The translations under genes were made by a program, and so were the position numbers. This document shows positions 54,785-64,000 of a DNA stretch of 64,000 nt, one piece after another. Position 1 is the stretch's first letter. Every line of letters begins with the position of its first letter. The stretch comes from Bacteriovoracaceae bacterium. GTDB taxonomy: Bacteria > Bdellovibrionota > Bacteriovoracia > Bacteriovoracales > Bacteriovoracaceae. Under the pieces are notes generated by a model. That model was given only the letters and a program-made list of their open reading frames with translations. It searched no databases and was not told the DNA's origin. The DNA is taken from NCBI GenBank assembly GCA_016786485.1, contig JAEUWD010000026.1, positions 12,964 through 76,963 on the forward strand. The letters run 5' to 3'.

Positions 54785-56088
54785 GCTCCATTCTCAAAAA
54801 CGACACGACCTTTATAAATGGTCATCATTGGAATGCCTTTCACTTTCCAGCCATTAAAAGGAGTATTGCGCCCCTTCGAATGGAAATCAGCAGCTTGAAT
54901 AACTTGTTCTTTATCTAAATCAATCACCGTTAAATTAGCAATCGCACCGTTTTTTAGTTGCCCGCGATCAATTTTAAAAAGTTTCGCTGGCGCAATGGTC
55001 ATCATGTCCACCATTTTTTCAAGTGAGATAATGCCTTTTAAAACAAAATGGGTGTAAATCAATGGGAAAGCTGTCTCTAATCCAACAATTCCAAAAGGAG
55101 CTTCACTTATTTTCTTATTTTTTTCTTCCACTGTGTGAGGAGCATGATCAGTAGCGATCATATCAATCGTTCCGTCAGCTAAGGCTTGCACACATGCTTC
55201 ACGATCCAATTGCCCTCGTAATGGCGGATTCATTTTCCAATTCGCATCAAGATCTCGCTCACCTCTTTCAGGAATATCCGCATCACACAGAAGCAAATGA
55301 TGAGGAGAAACTTCCGCCGTTACTTTGGCCTTTTTAGCTTTAGCGGCGCGAACGTGTTCAATTGATTCCTTACTTGAAATATGAAGCGCGTGATAGTGAC
55401 AACCCGTCTCAAGACTTAAACGGCACCCACGTTCAATGTGAACCGCTTCACTCATCGGATCAATTCCAGCGAGTCCATATTTGAGTGCTTTACCACCTAA
55501 GTGAATAGAACCTTTTTTACTAATTTTTTCATCTTCGGCGTGATCGAGTACCACCGCGTCTAAACGCGCGAGTCTTTGCATCGCCATTTTCATCAGACCA
55601 TCATCTTGCACACCTCGACCATCATCAGTGAAAGCAATCGCACCGTGTTTTTTCAAAAGTGCAAAATCAACCAGCTCTTCGCTTTTTAATTCTTTGGTTA
55701 TACAAGCTGTCGGATAAACATCACAACTAGCAACAGCTGCGGCACGTTTATAGACGTGTTCTAAGACTTCCGGCTTATCTGCTGTCGGTTTAGTATTCGG
55801 CATACAAATAACCGAAGTAAAACCACCACGATTAGCAGCACGACTTCCGCTTTCAATATCTTCTTTATTTTCTTGGCCCGGCTCACGAAAGTGAACCTGC
55901 GGATCAATTAATCCAGGAATCACAAGATTGCCTTGAACATCCACTGTCCGATCCGCTTCAGTTGGAATTTTACTAGCAATTTTGAGGATGACTTCATCTT
56001 CGATCAAAATTTCACAATCAATTAAACCATCTTCGGTAGATTTTAAATATTTGGGTAATGTTTTGGCGTTTTTAATTAGCAATTTCAC
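54781..56088 (-). CDS. pyrC: Dihydroorotase
   Basis: 'DPQVHFREPG', 'HISSKES' and 'ATDHAPH' amidohydrolase motifs. I prefer GTG at 56088, which has GGAG 5 nt upstream and gives 'VKLLIKNAKT'. Overlaps the cysS 3' end by 17 nt. Confidence 0.9.
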   Translation of the reverse strand: MKLLIKNAKTLPKYLKSTEDGLIDCEILIEDEVILKIASKIPTEADRTVDVQGNLVIPGLIDPQVHFREPGQENKEDIESGSRAANRGGFTSVICMPNTKPTADKPEVLEHVYKRAAAVASCDVYPTACITKELKSEELVDFALLKKHGAIAFTDDGRGVQDDGLMKMAMQRLARLDAVVLDHAEDEKISKKGSIHLGGKALKYGLAGIDPMSEAVHIERGCRLSLETGCHYHALHISSKESIEHVRAAKAKKAKVTAEVSPHHLLLCDADIPERGERDLDANWKMNPPLRGQLDREACVQALADGTIDMIATDHAPHTVEEKNKKISEAPFGIVGLETAFPLIYTHFVLKGIISLEKMVDMMTIAPAKLFKIDRGQLKNGAIANLTVIDLDKEQVIQAADFHSKGRNTPFNGWKVKGIPMMTIYKGRVVFENGA

Positions 56089-57535
56089 TGACACTCCATG
56101 TTCGTAAACTACCGTCATAAAGTTCAATTCCCATACTTGAGAGTTGTTTCTTTAATTCATCGGCAGCTTGAAAATCCTTCTTCGCTCTCGCTTCTTCACG
56201 CTTAGCAATCAGCGCTTCAATATCTGTTCTTTTTAAATTTTTCTTTGTTAATAAAATATCATCCAGACGATTTAAAATCGGTGCTGGTTCTTCAGCAAAA
56301 AGTGCTGAAATTTTTCCATAATTTGCCATCCAATCTAAAAATAACTTGGCGGTTGCTTTATGCACCGGTTGGCGTTTCATGGAAATTTTTAGCGCGTTGA
56401 ACGCGCGAGTCGCTTCAAAAATATTTGCGATAAAATCGGCAGTATTGAAATCGTCATTAAGACCTTTGGTGATTTTTGCCGTTAACGTTTCCAGAATTTT
56501 TTGAAAACCACTGTCTGGTGCAACGGCTTCACCTGGAGAATCTTGGTAAATCGTTTGGGCAATTTCTAGCGCCGAATAAATTCGCTTCAGGGCCGAAATC
56601 GTTTGCAGAATTTTTTCGTCACTGACCGTTAACATCGAACGATAGTGGGCCGATAAAAATAGATACTTTAAAATTTCAGGATGATACATTTTCATAAAAT
56701 CCCGGGCCTTAAAAACATTGCCCAGTGACTTACTCATTTTTTCATCACCCATATTGATAAAATTATTATGAACCCAGTAATTGCAATATTTACATCCGGT
56801 AGCACCTTCACCTTGAGCAATTTCATTTTCATGATGTGGAAAAATCAAATCAATCCCACCGCCGTGAATATCAATCGTGTCACCTAAAATAGCTTTAATC
56901 ATGGCCGAACATTCAATATGCCAACCTGGACGACCTTTCCCCCATGGTGAATCCCACATCGGTTCGCCAGGCTTAGAAGGCTTCCACAAAACGAAATCAA
57001 ACGGATTTCTCTTACGCTTATCGACTTCCACCCGTTGACCAGCTTCCAGTTCATCTAATTTCTTTTTTGAGAGCTGCCCGTAGGTTTTATATTCATCGAT
57101 GGCATAAAAAATTTCACCATCAACTTCGTAAGCTTTTTTATTTTTAAGAATGTCTTGGATAAGTTCAATAATTTGAGGCATGTATTCTGTCACGCGTGGA
57201 TTATGATCATGTTTTCGTAAACCAAGTTGTGCAAAATCTTTTTCGAACTCTTGAATATATCTTTCGCTGATCACAGATGAAGTCACACCTTCATCGTTAG
57301 CGCGCTTAATGATTTTGTCATCCACATCAGTATAGTTATAAACAAAGGTCACTTTATAACCAGAAGCTTCCAACCAATTGCGGATAATATTAAAAGTGAT
57401 CGCCCCACGAAAATTTCCAATATGGAGAAAATCATAAACGGTGGGACCGCATAAATAAATTTTGACGAAGCCATCTTCGATCGGTTTAAAAGGTTCTTTT
57501 TTGTTACTTAGAGTGTTGTAAACGAGCAGTGCCAT
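56072..57535 (-). CDS. cysS: Cysteine--tRNA ligase
   Basis: 487 aa with class I motifs 'HIGN' and 'KMSKSLGN', plus 'WHIECSAM'. Confidence 0.96.
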   Translation of the reverse strand: MALLVYNTLSNKKEPFKPIEDGFVKIYLCGPTVYDFLHIGNFRGAITFNIIRNWLEASGYKVTFVYNYTDVDDKIIKRANDEGVTSSVISERYIQEFEKDFAQLGLRKHDHNPRVTEYMPQIIELIQDILKNKKAYEVDGEIFYAIDEYKTYGQLSKKKLDELEAGQRVEVDKRKRNPFDFVLWKPSKPGEPMWDSPWGKGRPGWHIECSAMIKAILGDTIDIHGGGIDLIFPHHENEIAQGEGATGCKYCNYWVHNNFINMGDEKMSKSLGNVFKARDFMKMYHPEILKYLFLSAHYRSMLTVSDEKILQTISALKRIYSALEIAQTIYQDSPGEAVAPDSGFQKILETLTAKITKGLNDDFNTADFIANIFEATRAFNALKISMKRQPVHKATAKLFLDWMANYGKISALFAEEPAPILNRLDDILLTKKNLKRTDIEALIAKREEARAKKDFQAADELKKQLSSMGIELYDGSLRTWSVSEIAN

Positions 57536-57547
57536 GATGAGAAAAGA

Positions 57548-59839
57548 CTAACGTAAGAGGTCATCGCAGTCAATTTCTTTTAGATCTCTTACTTCCATTT
57601 TTTCTAACTTTAATACCACCATCTTTGATGGGATTTTCTTCACAGACTCCATCGTTTTATCTAGTGCCGCAGTCAGTGATAATGTCACTTCTTTGGCATG
57701 TTCAGTAGCTGAAACCACTTGTTTCTTAGCTGATTCGATGAATCGAATCACATTCGTTTTTTCTAATTCATTTAATGATTTCTTGGCCTTAGTTGGTAAC
57801 ATATCACCCATATCTTTCAGGGAAGCTTTTGCACCATAATATGAAAAAATAGTTCCTAATTGTCGGATGCCGAGGTAATTGGCCATAATCACCACGGTCG
57901 ATAAACCTTGTTGCATAAAATCATGACTTAAAGGTAAACGCTGTAACCATCCTGGAACATCGACGTTTTCTGCATTCGTCATAGTTAATGCAATATTTTT
58001 GGCCTGACGTGGAAACTGACTGACAATTGTTTCATCTCGATCTGCCACTTTAACTTTCTTTAACTTTTTGCCAAAAAAGGTCAGCTCTGCCGTGTTTTTA
58101 CGTGCCAATTTACGAATGTAGTTATACTGCTTCCAAGTAATTTTCGAGATATTATTTCCAATTAAACTGAACATAATATTCATCTCGACCCAGAAGCTCG
58201 TTAGATCTGCATGGTTAAGTGCGGCCATAGCATAAGCATAAGGTAAACTTGACGTGATCAACATCTTAAAGGTTTGATGGGCCTCAGTTCCTGTATATGT
58301 TAAATTTCTAACAAAAGGCTGAAAGGTTCCAAAGGTGGCAGAGAAGCCGGCAATCAGCGCCAGAACTTCTGGTCTAAATTCATTACCCATGATGACATTG
58401 CTGATCAGATAATAAAGAGATGTTTCAACAAAAGAACTGGCGATGCCTAAACCTAAAAGATGGGCGGTAGGCTTAACATATTTTGCTCGGAAATAATGCG
58501 AGAACCAATCTTTACTTAAATAATCAGGACGCTTACGTACTAACACCTGCTCTTGAATAATCCCACGTTCATTAGTCTGACAAATAACAGCGCTAGCGCC
58601 ACGCTGACTGAAAACATTTTTTAGCGAAGCTTTTTGCTTTTTCAGAAGTTCAACGAAACGATTCACTTCTTTTGTTAAAAGTTTTATTTCATCTTTTCTC
58701 ATCTGAATCATGGTCGCATCAGCACCGGTTTTTTCCAATTCAGTAATCTCAGCTTGCAGCACCGCAATTCTTTGTAATTCCACTGATGGAAGGTAAAAGT
58801 TTTCACGGGCCCCGTCTTCAATTAAAATACGACTTAAGTATTGTTTAAAGTGTTTACTTTCTAAATCTAAATCCGGTGGAGTAATCAAATATGAGTTGCG
58901 ATTTTCACCCACATTATTTCCGCCAATTTTGGCCTTCGCTACAATTTTTTTATTAATAACGGTTAATTTCACTTTGTATGCCCAATCATGAACTAAACCG
59001 CGTTCGATATGTTCTTTATTTATAATTTTGAAATCCTTATCGAAGAAATATTCGAAAGCTGAACGTTCAATTTTTTGACCGATATCTTTTGGTTCATACG
59101 AACGTGACTCATCATACTCATCGATATAATCTGAACCAATTTTTTCTAATTCTTCGAAATAATTATCAAGAGCAAAGTCATACAGCATTTGTAATGTGCC
59201 CTGCACTTCCTGCGGGGAAATATGGGTTTCGTTTATAAAAAAACCACTCAAATTGGTAATGTGATAGGCATCAGCTTTGTTCATATCACGCACAATTTCT
59301 TCCAATAATTTTCGCTGCTCGCGTTCATCAGCAAGTTTTTTTAAATCATTGCGGTAGTAATTTTCCAAAGCACTGAAAGCATCTCGTATTTCAACGGGCT
59401 GAACATTCTCATTAAAGAACGCTTCTAATTCATCATACTTATTAACGTCAGCCAAATAGGTTGAATTTAGTAAGGTATGCATGCTGCTTAGCTGCCCTTT
59501 ATGTTCCGGCAATTGAAGGTACTGTAAAAAATCTTGTAATAAATCTTTTTGAACTAGCGGATTCAAACGATAGAGCTCTCTGAAATGAAAAAAATGTTCA
59601 GGAACCTTAGCTGGATGACGAAGCTTGAGAACGGATAAAATTTTATCAAGAATAACATTCTCTTCGCTGAAGTTCGTACTGTAATAACCGACGACATCAT
59701 CAATTAATTCGAGAGGATTTTTGCGTGGAGTATTGGTTGTTTCGGCGGTTTCAATTGTTTGAGCATAAGAATTCGCAATAAGTAACAAACTTAAAACTAG
59801 GGTTTTGACCAGAGTCCTTAAAGTGGTTAAACAGCTCAT
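57548..59839 (-). CDS. Large hypothetical membrane protein
   Basis: About 763 aa from ATG 59839 ('MSCLTTLRTLVKTLVLSLLLIANSYAQ' signal). Roughly 430-aa helical soluble part, then several TM-like segments ('LLGLGIASSFVETSLYYLISNVI', 'VLALIAGFSATFGTF', 'LSTVVIMANYLGI'). Only 12 nt upstream of cysS. Confidence 0.75.
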   Translation of the reverse strand: MSCLTTLRTLVKTLVLSLLLIANSYAQTIETAETTNTPRKNPLELIDDVVGYYSTNFSEENVILDKILSVLKLRHPAKVPEHFFHFRELYRLNPLVQKDLLQDFLQYLQLPEHKGQLSSMHTLLNSTYLADVNKYDELEAFFNENVQPVEIRDAFSALENYYRNDLKKLADEREQRKLLEEIVRDMNKADAYHITNLSGFFINETHISPQEVQGTLQMLYDFALDNYFEELEKIGSDYIDEYDESRSYEPKDIGQKIERSAFEYFFDKDFKIINKEHIERGLVHDWAYKVKLTVINKKIVAKAKIGGNNVGENRNSYLITPPDLDLESKHFKQYLSRILIEDGARENFYLPSVELQRIAVLQAEITELEKTGADATMIQMRKDEIKLLTKEVNRFVELLKKQKASLKNVFSQRGASAVICQTNERGIIQEQVLVRKRPDYLSKDWFSHYFRAKYVKPTAHLLGLGIASSFVETSLYYLISNVIMGNEFRPEVLALIAGFSATFGTFQPFVRNLTYTGTEAHQTFKMLITSSLPYAYAMAALNHADLTSFWVEMNIMFSLIGNNISKITWKQYNYIRKLARKNTAELTFFGKKLKKVKVADRDETIVSQFPRQAKNIALTMTNAENVDVPGWLQRLPLSHDFMQQGLSTVVIMANYLGIRQLGTIFSYYGAKASLKDMGDMLPTKAKKSLNELEKTNVIRFIESAKKQVVSATEHAKEVTLSLTAALDKTMESVKKIPSKMVVLKLEKMEVRDLKEIDCDDLLR

Positions 59840-60089
59840 CAGCACCAACGACGATTATGTGATTTTTCTAATAGTGTTTATAACTCAAACTAATACAAAA
59901 TGAAACCATGCGGGAAACTCTTTCATGGTTTATAGGTCCTCTGGTGGCCTTTCTGCACGGTTTTAACCGAGGCTTAACTTTGTGTATGTAATAATTATAT
60001 GAAAAACCACAAATGCTGGCGAGAAGGCACTCAAATTGCCAAAAGTCCCTATTCCTGCGATAAATTAAGCCTACGCGTAAGGAGTTCTT

Positions 60090-61307
60090 TTGCTAAATAT
60101 TATCTGGTGTTGTTTCTTCATCGTGGGGGGCCTTTTTGCCCTATTTAATGGTCTTTGGCTGGGAAAAATCGAAGTTTTCTCAGATATGCTTAAGAACATT
60201 TTTGAAATGAGTGATACTGCCTTCGATATTTCGATTGGTCTCACTGGGGTGATGGCCTTTTGGTTGGGAATTTTAAAAGTTGGCCAAGACGCTGGTATGA
60301 TTCAGTTACTCTCGAATAAACTTTCACCTTTCATGCGAAAACTTTTTCCAGGGATTCCAGAAAATCATCCGGCCTTGAGTTCTATTCTGATGAATCTCGC
60401 CGCAAACATGCTAGGGATTGATAATGCAGCTACTCCTTTCGGTTTAAAAGCGATGCAAGAGCTGGAAGAAATCAATCCAAACAAAGGCACAGCTTCTGAT
60501 CCACAAATTATGTTTTTGGTAATCAATGCCGCCTCTGTTACCATTATTCCGCTCTCTGTTTTTACTTTTTTGTATCAGCTCAATTACCCAAATCCGACCG
60601 ACGTTTTTTTTCCTATTCTTTTGACCACTTTCATTGGGACTTTTTTCGCGGTGGTAGTCACTTGTTTTTTACAAAAAATTCCTTTTATTAAAAATGGCTT
60701 GTTGTGGTTTTTTCTTTTAGCGGCTGCTGCTATGGCCGGAATTTATTTTGGTCTCAAATCTTTTCCGCCAGAACAAATGCAAGCCTATTCAGTCGCTATG
60801 AGTAATTTTATTATAGTGGCCATTGTCATCTTTTTTATTACCCATGCTCTTTTCAAAAAAATAAATGTTTTTGATTCATTCATTCAAGGTGCGAAAGATG
60901 GTTTTCAGGTGGCGGTCGGAATTATACCTTATTTGGTTGCGATGTTAGTCGGCATTGGTGTTTTCCGTGCCAGTGGTGCGCTTGATGGTATCATCGGCGG
61001 ACTTCGATATCTGATTGGAGATTACGCTTTTATTGATGCTCTACCAACGGCGTTTATGAAACCGCTTAGTGGCTCAGGTTCACGTGCCATGATGATTGAA
61101 ACAATAAAAACCCACGGTGTTGATTCACTGGTCGCCAAAATGGTCGCCATCATTCAAGGTTCGAATGAAACAACTTTTTATGTGCTAGCGGTTTATTATG
61201 GTTCAGTCAAAACGAAATTCACCAAATACACACTCAGCGTAAGTCTTTTATGTGATCTGGTCGGAATAATTTTTGCTATCCTATTTACCTATTTATTTTT
61301 TACTTAA
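60090..61307 (+). CDS. Nucleoside-recognition (Gate) domain membrane protein, fused SpmA/SpmB-like
   Basis: 405 aa, TTG start after AAGGAG. 'MLNIIWCCFFIVGG...', 'AFDISIGLTGVMAFWLGILKV' and 'LMNLAANMLGIDNAATPFGLKAM' match my memory of SpmA/SpmB-type proteins. Confidence 0.75.
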   Translation: MLNIIWCCFFIVGGLFALFNGLWLGKIEVFSDMLKNIFEMSDTAFDISIGLTGVMAFWLGILKVGQDAGMIQLLSNKLSPFMRKLFPGIPENHPALSSILMNLAANMLGIDNAATPFGLKAMQELEEINPNKGTASDPQIMFLVINAASVTIIPLSVFTFLYQLNYPNPTDVFFPILLTTFIGTFFAVVVTCFLQKIPFIKNGLLWFFLLAAAAMAGIYFGLKSFPPEQMQAYSVAMSNFIIVAIVIFFITHALFKKINVFDSFIQGAKDGFQVAVGIIPYLVAMLVGIGVFRASGALDGIIGGLRYLIGDYAFIDALPTAFMKPLSGSGSRAMMIETIKTHGVDSLVAKMVAIIQGSNETTFYVLAVYYGSVKTKFTKYTLSVSLLCDLVGIIFAILFTYLFFT

Positions 61308-62735
61308 AATTCGCTTGTGGCCTTTGATAATCTTTTTGCCACCACGCCAATTATAGATTGAGCTACATGAATCATAAGCTGATTCAAAGAATTCATCTTT
61401 ATTGGTGAAATACGCTAAATAATCGTTGGTTAAACCCAGTACCCAGCTCTTGCTGTAGCCTTCTTTTTTCGCCATTGCTTGAAGCTCCCAGCCCAAAGAA
61501 GTTGAAGTTTCACCCGGCCAAGTCATCATCAAAATATCGCCGATTTGGATACTGGTTAAAGATGCTGTCATGGGAAAAAATCCATACATTGGAATTCTAA
61601 AAATTTTTCCTGGAAGCACTTTCATCCAGTTTCCATAGTAACCATCACGTTTTGCACATTGCTTTAATGGAAAACCTGGCATTCCCATATAAATTGATTT
61701 TTGAGTATATTTAAATTTAGGAAGCTGTTTTTGCATTTTATTAACTTTTAAAACCGCACTGGCCTGTTGAGCAAAATCAGCCGCCAGCCCTTCCATGATT
61801 TCTTCACCGCGATCACCTTTGTGTCGAACGTCACCTTCTGCACCATTCATGAATAAAACTGGAACAATATCAGAAGTTTGATTTTGCCCCATTAAGTGCT
61901 GTTCAATATGTTTTGCTAAAGCCCCCGGGAAATCACCACTGTAGCGCATATCATCCGTGTGCATAGCATTTCCGTGAACTGCGAAATTTAACATACCACC
62001 TAGCCAACGACCATCATGGCGTGAACGGGCCAATAAAAAGCTGGCCTTATTATCAAACCATTCTTGATCTTTGTGACGAAATTTATTTTGCTGAATTCCT
62101 TGCGCCAAAAATTCGGTGCTATAAAGATCGGCTGGTTCAATCGAGTGATAGGCTTCTAAAATTGAGGCATAAGTTTTCTCGACAATATCATCAAAATTTT
62201 CTTGTTTGAATAAATCTACCGCAATCAAATTTAAAGCGAGGTTTTTACTTAAAGTTCCAGGACCGCTATGGGTATGCGTTCCTGTCACAATCAGGTCATC
62301 AAATTTAATTCCTAAATGTTTTACTTTATACGCCAAAGCCGTAACAAAATTGCGAGTGACACCAATCATATCTAAACTCACAAAAACTAAATAGCGTCCG
62401 TCTTTTTCGATCACCATAACTTTACTCTGAATCGGGTCACGCACACCTTCTGAAGGTTTAAAAAAGAATGAATGAGGGTATTTATTGGTCCAATCAGCAA
62501 AACCTTTAATTCTGCGATCATCACTTCCATATCCAGCTAAAGGAATTCCGATTTCTGGTTTCAAATCATGCATAGAAATTCCAACATTAACAAAAGACTC
62601 TTGAGCAAAACTCAAAAAGCTGGATAAAAGAAAAATGAAAAAGAAGACGGTTTTCACAATAACCCCCAATAGATAATTTCTTCTATTGTATTTCGCTCTC
62701 AAATTAAGGGCCAAAGACTCAGGTATTTTGGACAA
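61293..62735 (-). CDS. Neutral/alkaline ceramidase-like hydrolase
   Basis: 480 aa with an N-terminal TM/signal. 'VGISMHDLKPEIGIPLAGYG' and 'GTHTHSGPG' resemble the neutral ceramidase N-terminal domain (PF04734), from memory. Confidence 0.65.
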   Translation of the reverse strand: MSKIPESLALNLRAKYNRRNYLLGVIVKTVFFFIFLLSSFLSFAQESFVNVGISMHDLKPEIGIPLAGYGSDDRRIKGFADWTNKYPHSFFFKPSEGVRDPIQSKVMVIEKDGRYLVFVSLDMIGVTRNFVTALAYKVKHLGIKFDDLIVTGTHTHSGPGTLSKNLALNLIAVDLFKQENFDDIVEKTYASILEAYHSIEPADLYSTEFLAQGIQQNKFRHKDQEWFDNKASFLLARSRHDGRWLGGMLNFAVHGNAMHTDDMRYSGDFPGALAKHIEQHLMGQNQTSDIVPVLFMNGAEGDVRHKGDRGEEIMEGLAADFAQQASAVLKVNKMQKQLPKFKYTQKSIYMGMPGFPLKQCAKRDGYYGNWMKVLPGKIFRIPMYGFFPMTASLTSIQIGDILMMTWPGETSTSLGWELQAMAKKEGYSKSWVLGLTNDYLAYFTNKDEFFESAYDSCSSIYNWRGGKKIIKGHKRILSKK

Positions 62736-62763
62736 TTAAGTCCGATTGTGCTTTATTGATTTT

Positions 62764-63300
62764 ATGAAAATACTTGAATTTTCCTCTTCGCACATTCAAG
62801 CAGTGAAAAATTTTACGGATCGTTGGATCGGTCAGAATTATTATTCCTTACCAGAATTGAAAAATGCTTATTTATATTCACAAGGCTGTTCTTATCTTGC
62901 TTACGTTGATGAAGAATTGGCAGGTATTCGCCTCACCTATGCTCCTGGTGATTGGATAAAATCTCAACGAGGATTAAGTTTTCATGATTGGAAAGTTCCG
63001 TCCGATCGTGTGGGATATTTTAAAAGTCTTTTTGTGGCAGAAAAATTTCAGCAACTCGGAATTGGTCGCAAACTCGCGGAAACATCACTCAAGCAATTGC
63101 AAAAAAAAGAGGCGCAGGCTGTCATCTGTCACTCATGGCTTGAATCACCCGGAAATAGTTCACAGCTTTATCTCGAAAAAATGGGTTTTGTGCCGGTAAA
63201 ATCACATCCAGAATTTTGGAAGGAAATCGATTATCTCTGTACCCGCTGCTCACCCCATCGGTGCTTATGTACCGCGATTGAAATGATTAAATATCTTTAA
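62764..63300 (+). CDS. GNAT-family N-acetyltransferase
   Basis: 'LFVAEKFQQLGIGRKLAETSL' is an acetyl-CoA-binding Q/RxxGxG/A motif. ATG at 62764 ('MKILEFSS') is preferred to the TTG at 62746. Confidence 0.75.
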   Translation: MKILEFSSSHIQAVKNFTDRWIGQNYYSLPELKNAYLYSQGCSYLAYVDEELAGIRLTYAPGDWIKSQRGLSFHDWKVPSDRVGYFKSLFVAEKFQQLGIGRKLAETSLKQLQKKEAQAVICHSWLESPGNSSQLYLEKMGFVPVKSHPEFWKEIDYLCTRCSPHRCLCTAIEMIKYL

Positions 63301-64000
63301 GTTTGGAATTTAATTTTAAGAATCGAAAGTTTTTTCAGTAATACCCATCCAATAGAAGTTGAAACCAAGAATAATGAAAGCGCAATTGACCACCATAAAC
63401 CAATCGCTCCAAGATTAAATTCGTAAGCAATATACAGACCTATAGGTAAACCGATAATCCAATAACCAATAATATTGGCCACCATCACAGGTTTTGAAAT
63501 ACCAATTCCACGCAAGATCCCAGCGAGTGTCACTTGTGCATTATCAAAAAATTGGAAAACAGCTGTGATAAAAATAATTCGTGTCGCTAGTACAGCCACG
63601 TTTCCACTCAAGCCAAAGAAACTGAGAATTAACTCAGGAAAACAAAGATAAATAATACCACTCACAATCGCGAGTCCCTGACTAATGAACATACCAATTT
63701 TGGCAAAAGTGACAATATCGCGATAATTTCTTTCACCGTAACAAAATCCAATTTTGGTCGCCAGTGCACTGGCAACAGAAAGTGGAAACATGAAAGAAGT
63801 TGAAGCCACTGTAATCACCACGTTATGGGCAGCGGCTTGTTCTGTACCCATGCGACCAATTAATGGTGCCATCGAAGCGAAGGCCAGAACTTCAAAGAAA
63901 AAAGAAAGCGAAATAGGAAAACAAAAACGTGTCGCCGTTTTAAAGAAGTCCCAAGAAAATTTTTGCTCCCAAGGTTTATACTTTATAACTAAGGTCACCA
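63297..64000 (-). CDS. MATE-family efflux transporter, C-terminal half (truncated by window edge)
   Basis: The ORF is open to the window end. About six TM helices with MATE-like 'AAAHNVVITVASTSFMFPLSVASA', 'FDNAQVTLAGILRGIG' and 'IIGYWIIGLPIG'. Confidence 0.8.
   Translation of the reverse strand, partial: VTLVIKYKPWEQKFSWDFFKTATRFCFPISLSFFFEVLAFASMAPLIGRMGTEQAAAHNVVITVASTSFMFPLSVASALATKIGFCYGERNYRDIVTFAKIGMFISQGLAIVSGIIYLCFPELILSFFGLSGNVAVLATRIIFITAVFQFFDNAQVTLAGILRGIGISKPVMVANIIGYWIIGLPIGLYIAYEFNLGAIGLWWSIALSLFLVSTSIGWVLLKKLSILKIKFQT

Noticed and set aside
57536-57547. Looked for a T-box or other leader upstream of cysS.
   Set aside because: Only 12 nt separate cysS from the upstream ORF, so no leader RNA is possible.
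59903-59931. Hairpin AAACCATG-N13-CATGGTTT in the 241-bp intergenic region, considered as a riboswitch, sRNA or terminator.
   Set aside because: No T tract follows on either strand. It does not resemble any riboswitch core I know, and the nearby small ORFs (11 and 27 codons) lack an RBS. I mention it only as possible leader structure.
1-64000. Scanned by eye for CRISPR arrays, long tandem repeats, IS inverted repeats, tRNA/rRNA/tmRNA-like segments and toxin-antitoxin or defence-type gene pairs.
   Set aside because: No intergenic region exceeds about 450 bp. I saw no regularly spaced repeats and no transposase, nuclease-helicase or methylase genes. The EVE-domain protein is standalone, not fused to a nuclease. 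A manual scan can miss short or degenerate elements.

Overview
This is an AT-rich, tightly packed chromosomal window with about 55 CDS on both strands, many overlapping by 1-20 nt. GC looks like roughly 38-40% by eye; I did not compute it.

Most of the window is core housekeeping:
- rpsP-KH-rimM-trmD plus a SPOUT-like methyltransferase, then ffh
- a Dus-family tRNA-dihydrouridine synthase, an acyl-CoA thioesterase and clpP
- class II ribonucleotide reductase nrdJ, preceded by two NrdR-box-like palindromes
- a YfgM-like gene plus bamB, and a translationally coupled rnc-era-der run
- ribD-ribE-ribBA-ribH, monocistronic rpsD, cysS-pyrC and rmuC
- an LtaS/sulfatase-family enzyme, an MltD-like lytic transglycosylase and a truncated MATE pump

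BamB, beta-barrel OMPs ending in an aromatic residue and many lipoboxes indicate a diderm. The load of secreted S1 and S8 proteases, orphan lipoproteins and a neutral-ceramidase-like gene resembles Bdellovibrio-and-like predatory bacteria. That taxonomic reading is inference only.

I found no rRNA, tRNA, CRISPR array, transposase or prophage genes.

The best candidate for something undescribed is an 11.8-kb block (8270-20030) of three giant export-signal-bearing ORFs with no domain I can recognise. These are a 1340-aa polytopic membrane protein, a 712-aa coiled-coil protein with a Tyr/Met/Gly/Asn-rich tail, and a 1761-aa Cys-rich lipoprotein.

Secondary oddities:
- a Xer-like tyrosine recombinase with substituted catalytic residues
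- a roughly 110-aa acidic insertion inside the second G domain of Der
- an unannotated 38-codon very basic ORF with a good RBS
- a rib operon promoter placed for leaderless translation, with no room for an FMN riboswitch
- a structured rpsD leader
- an operon of three lipoproteins, two of them six-Cys paralogues

All motif coordinates were counted by hand. All family assignments come from remembered motifs, not from searches.
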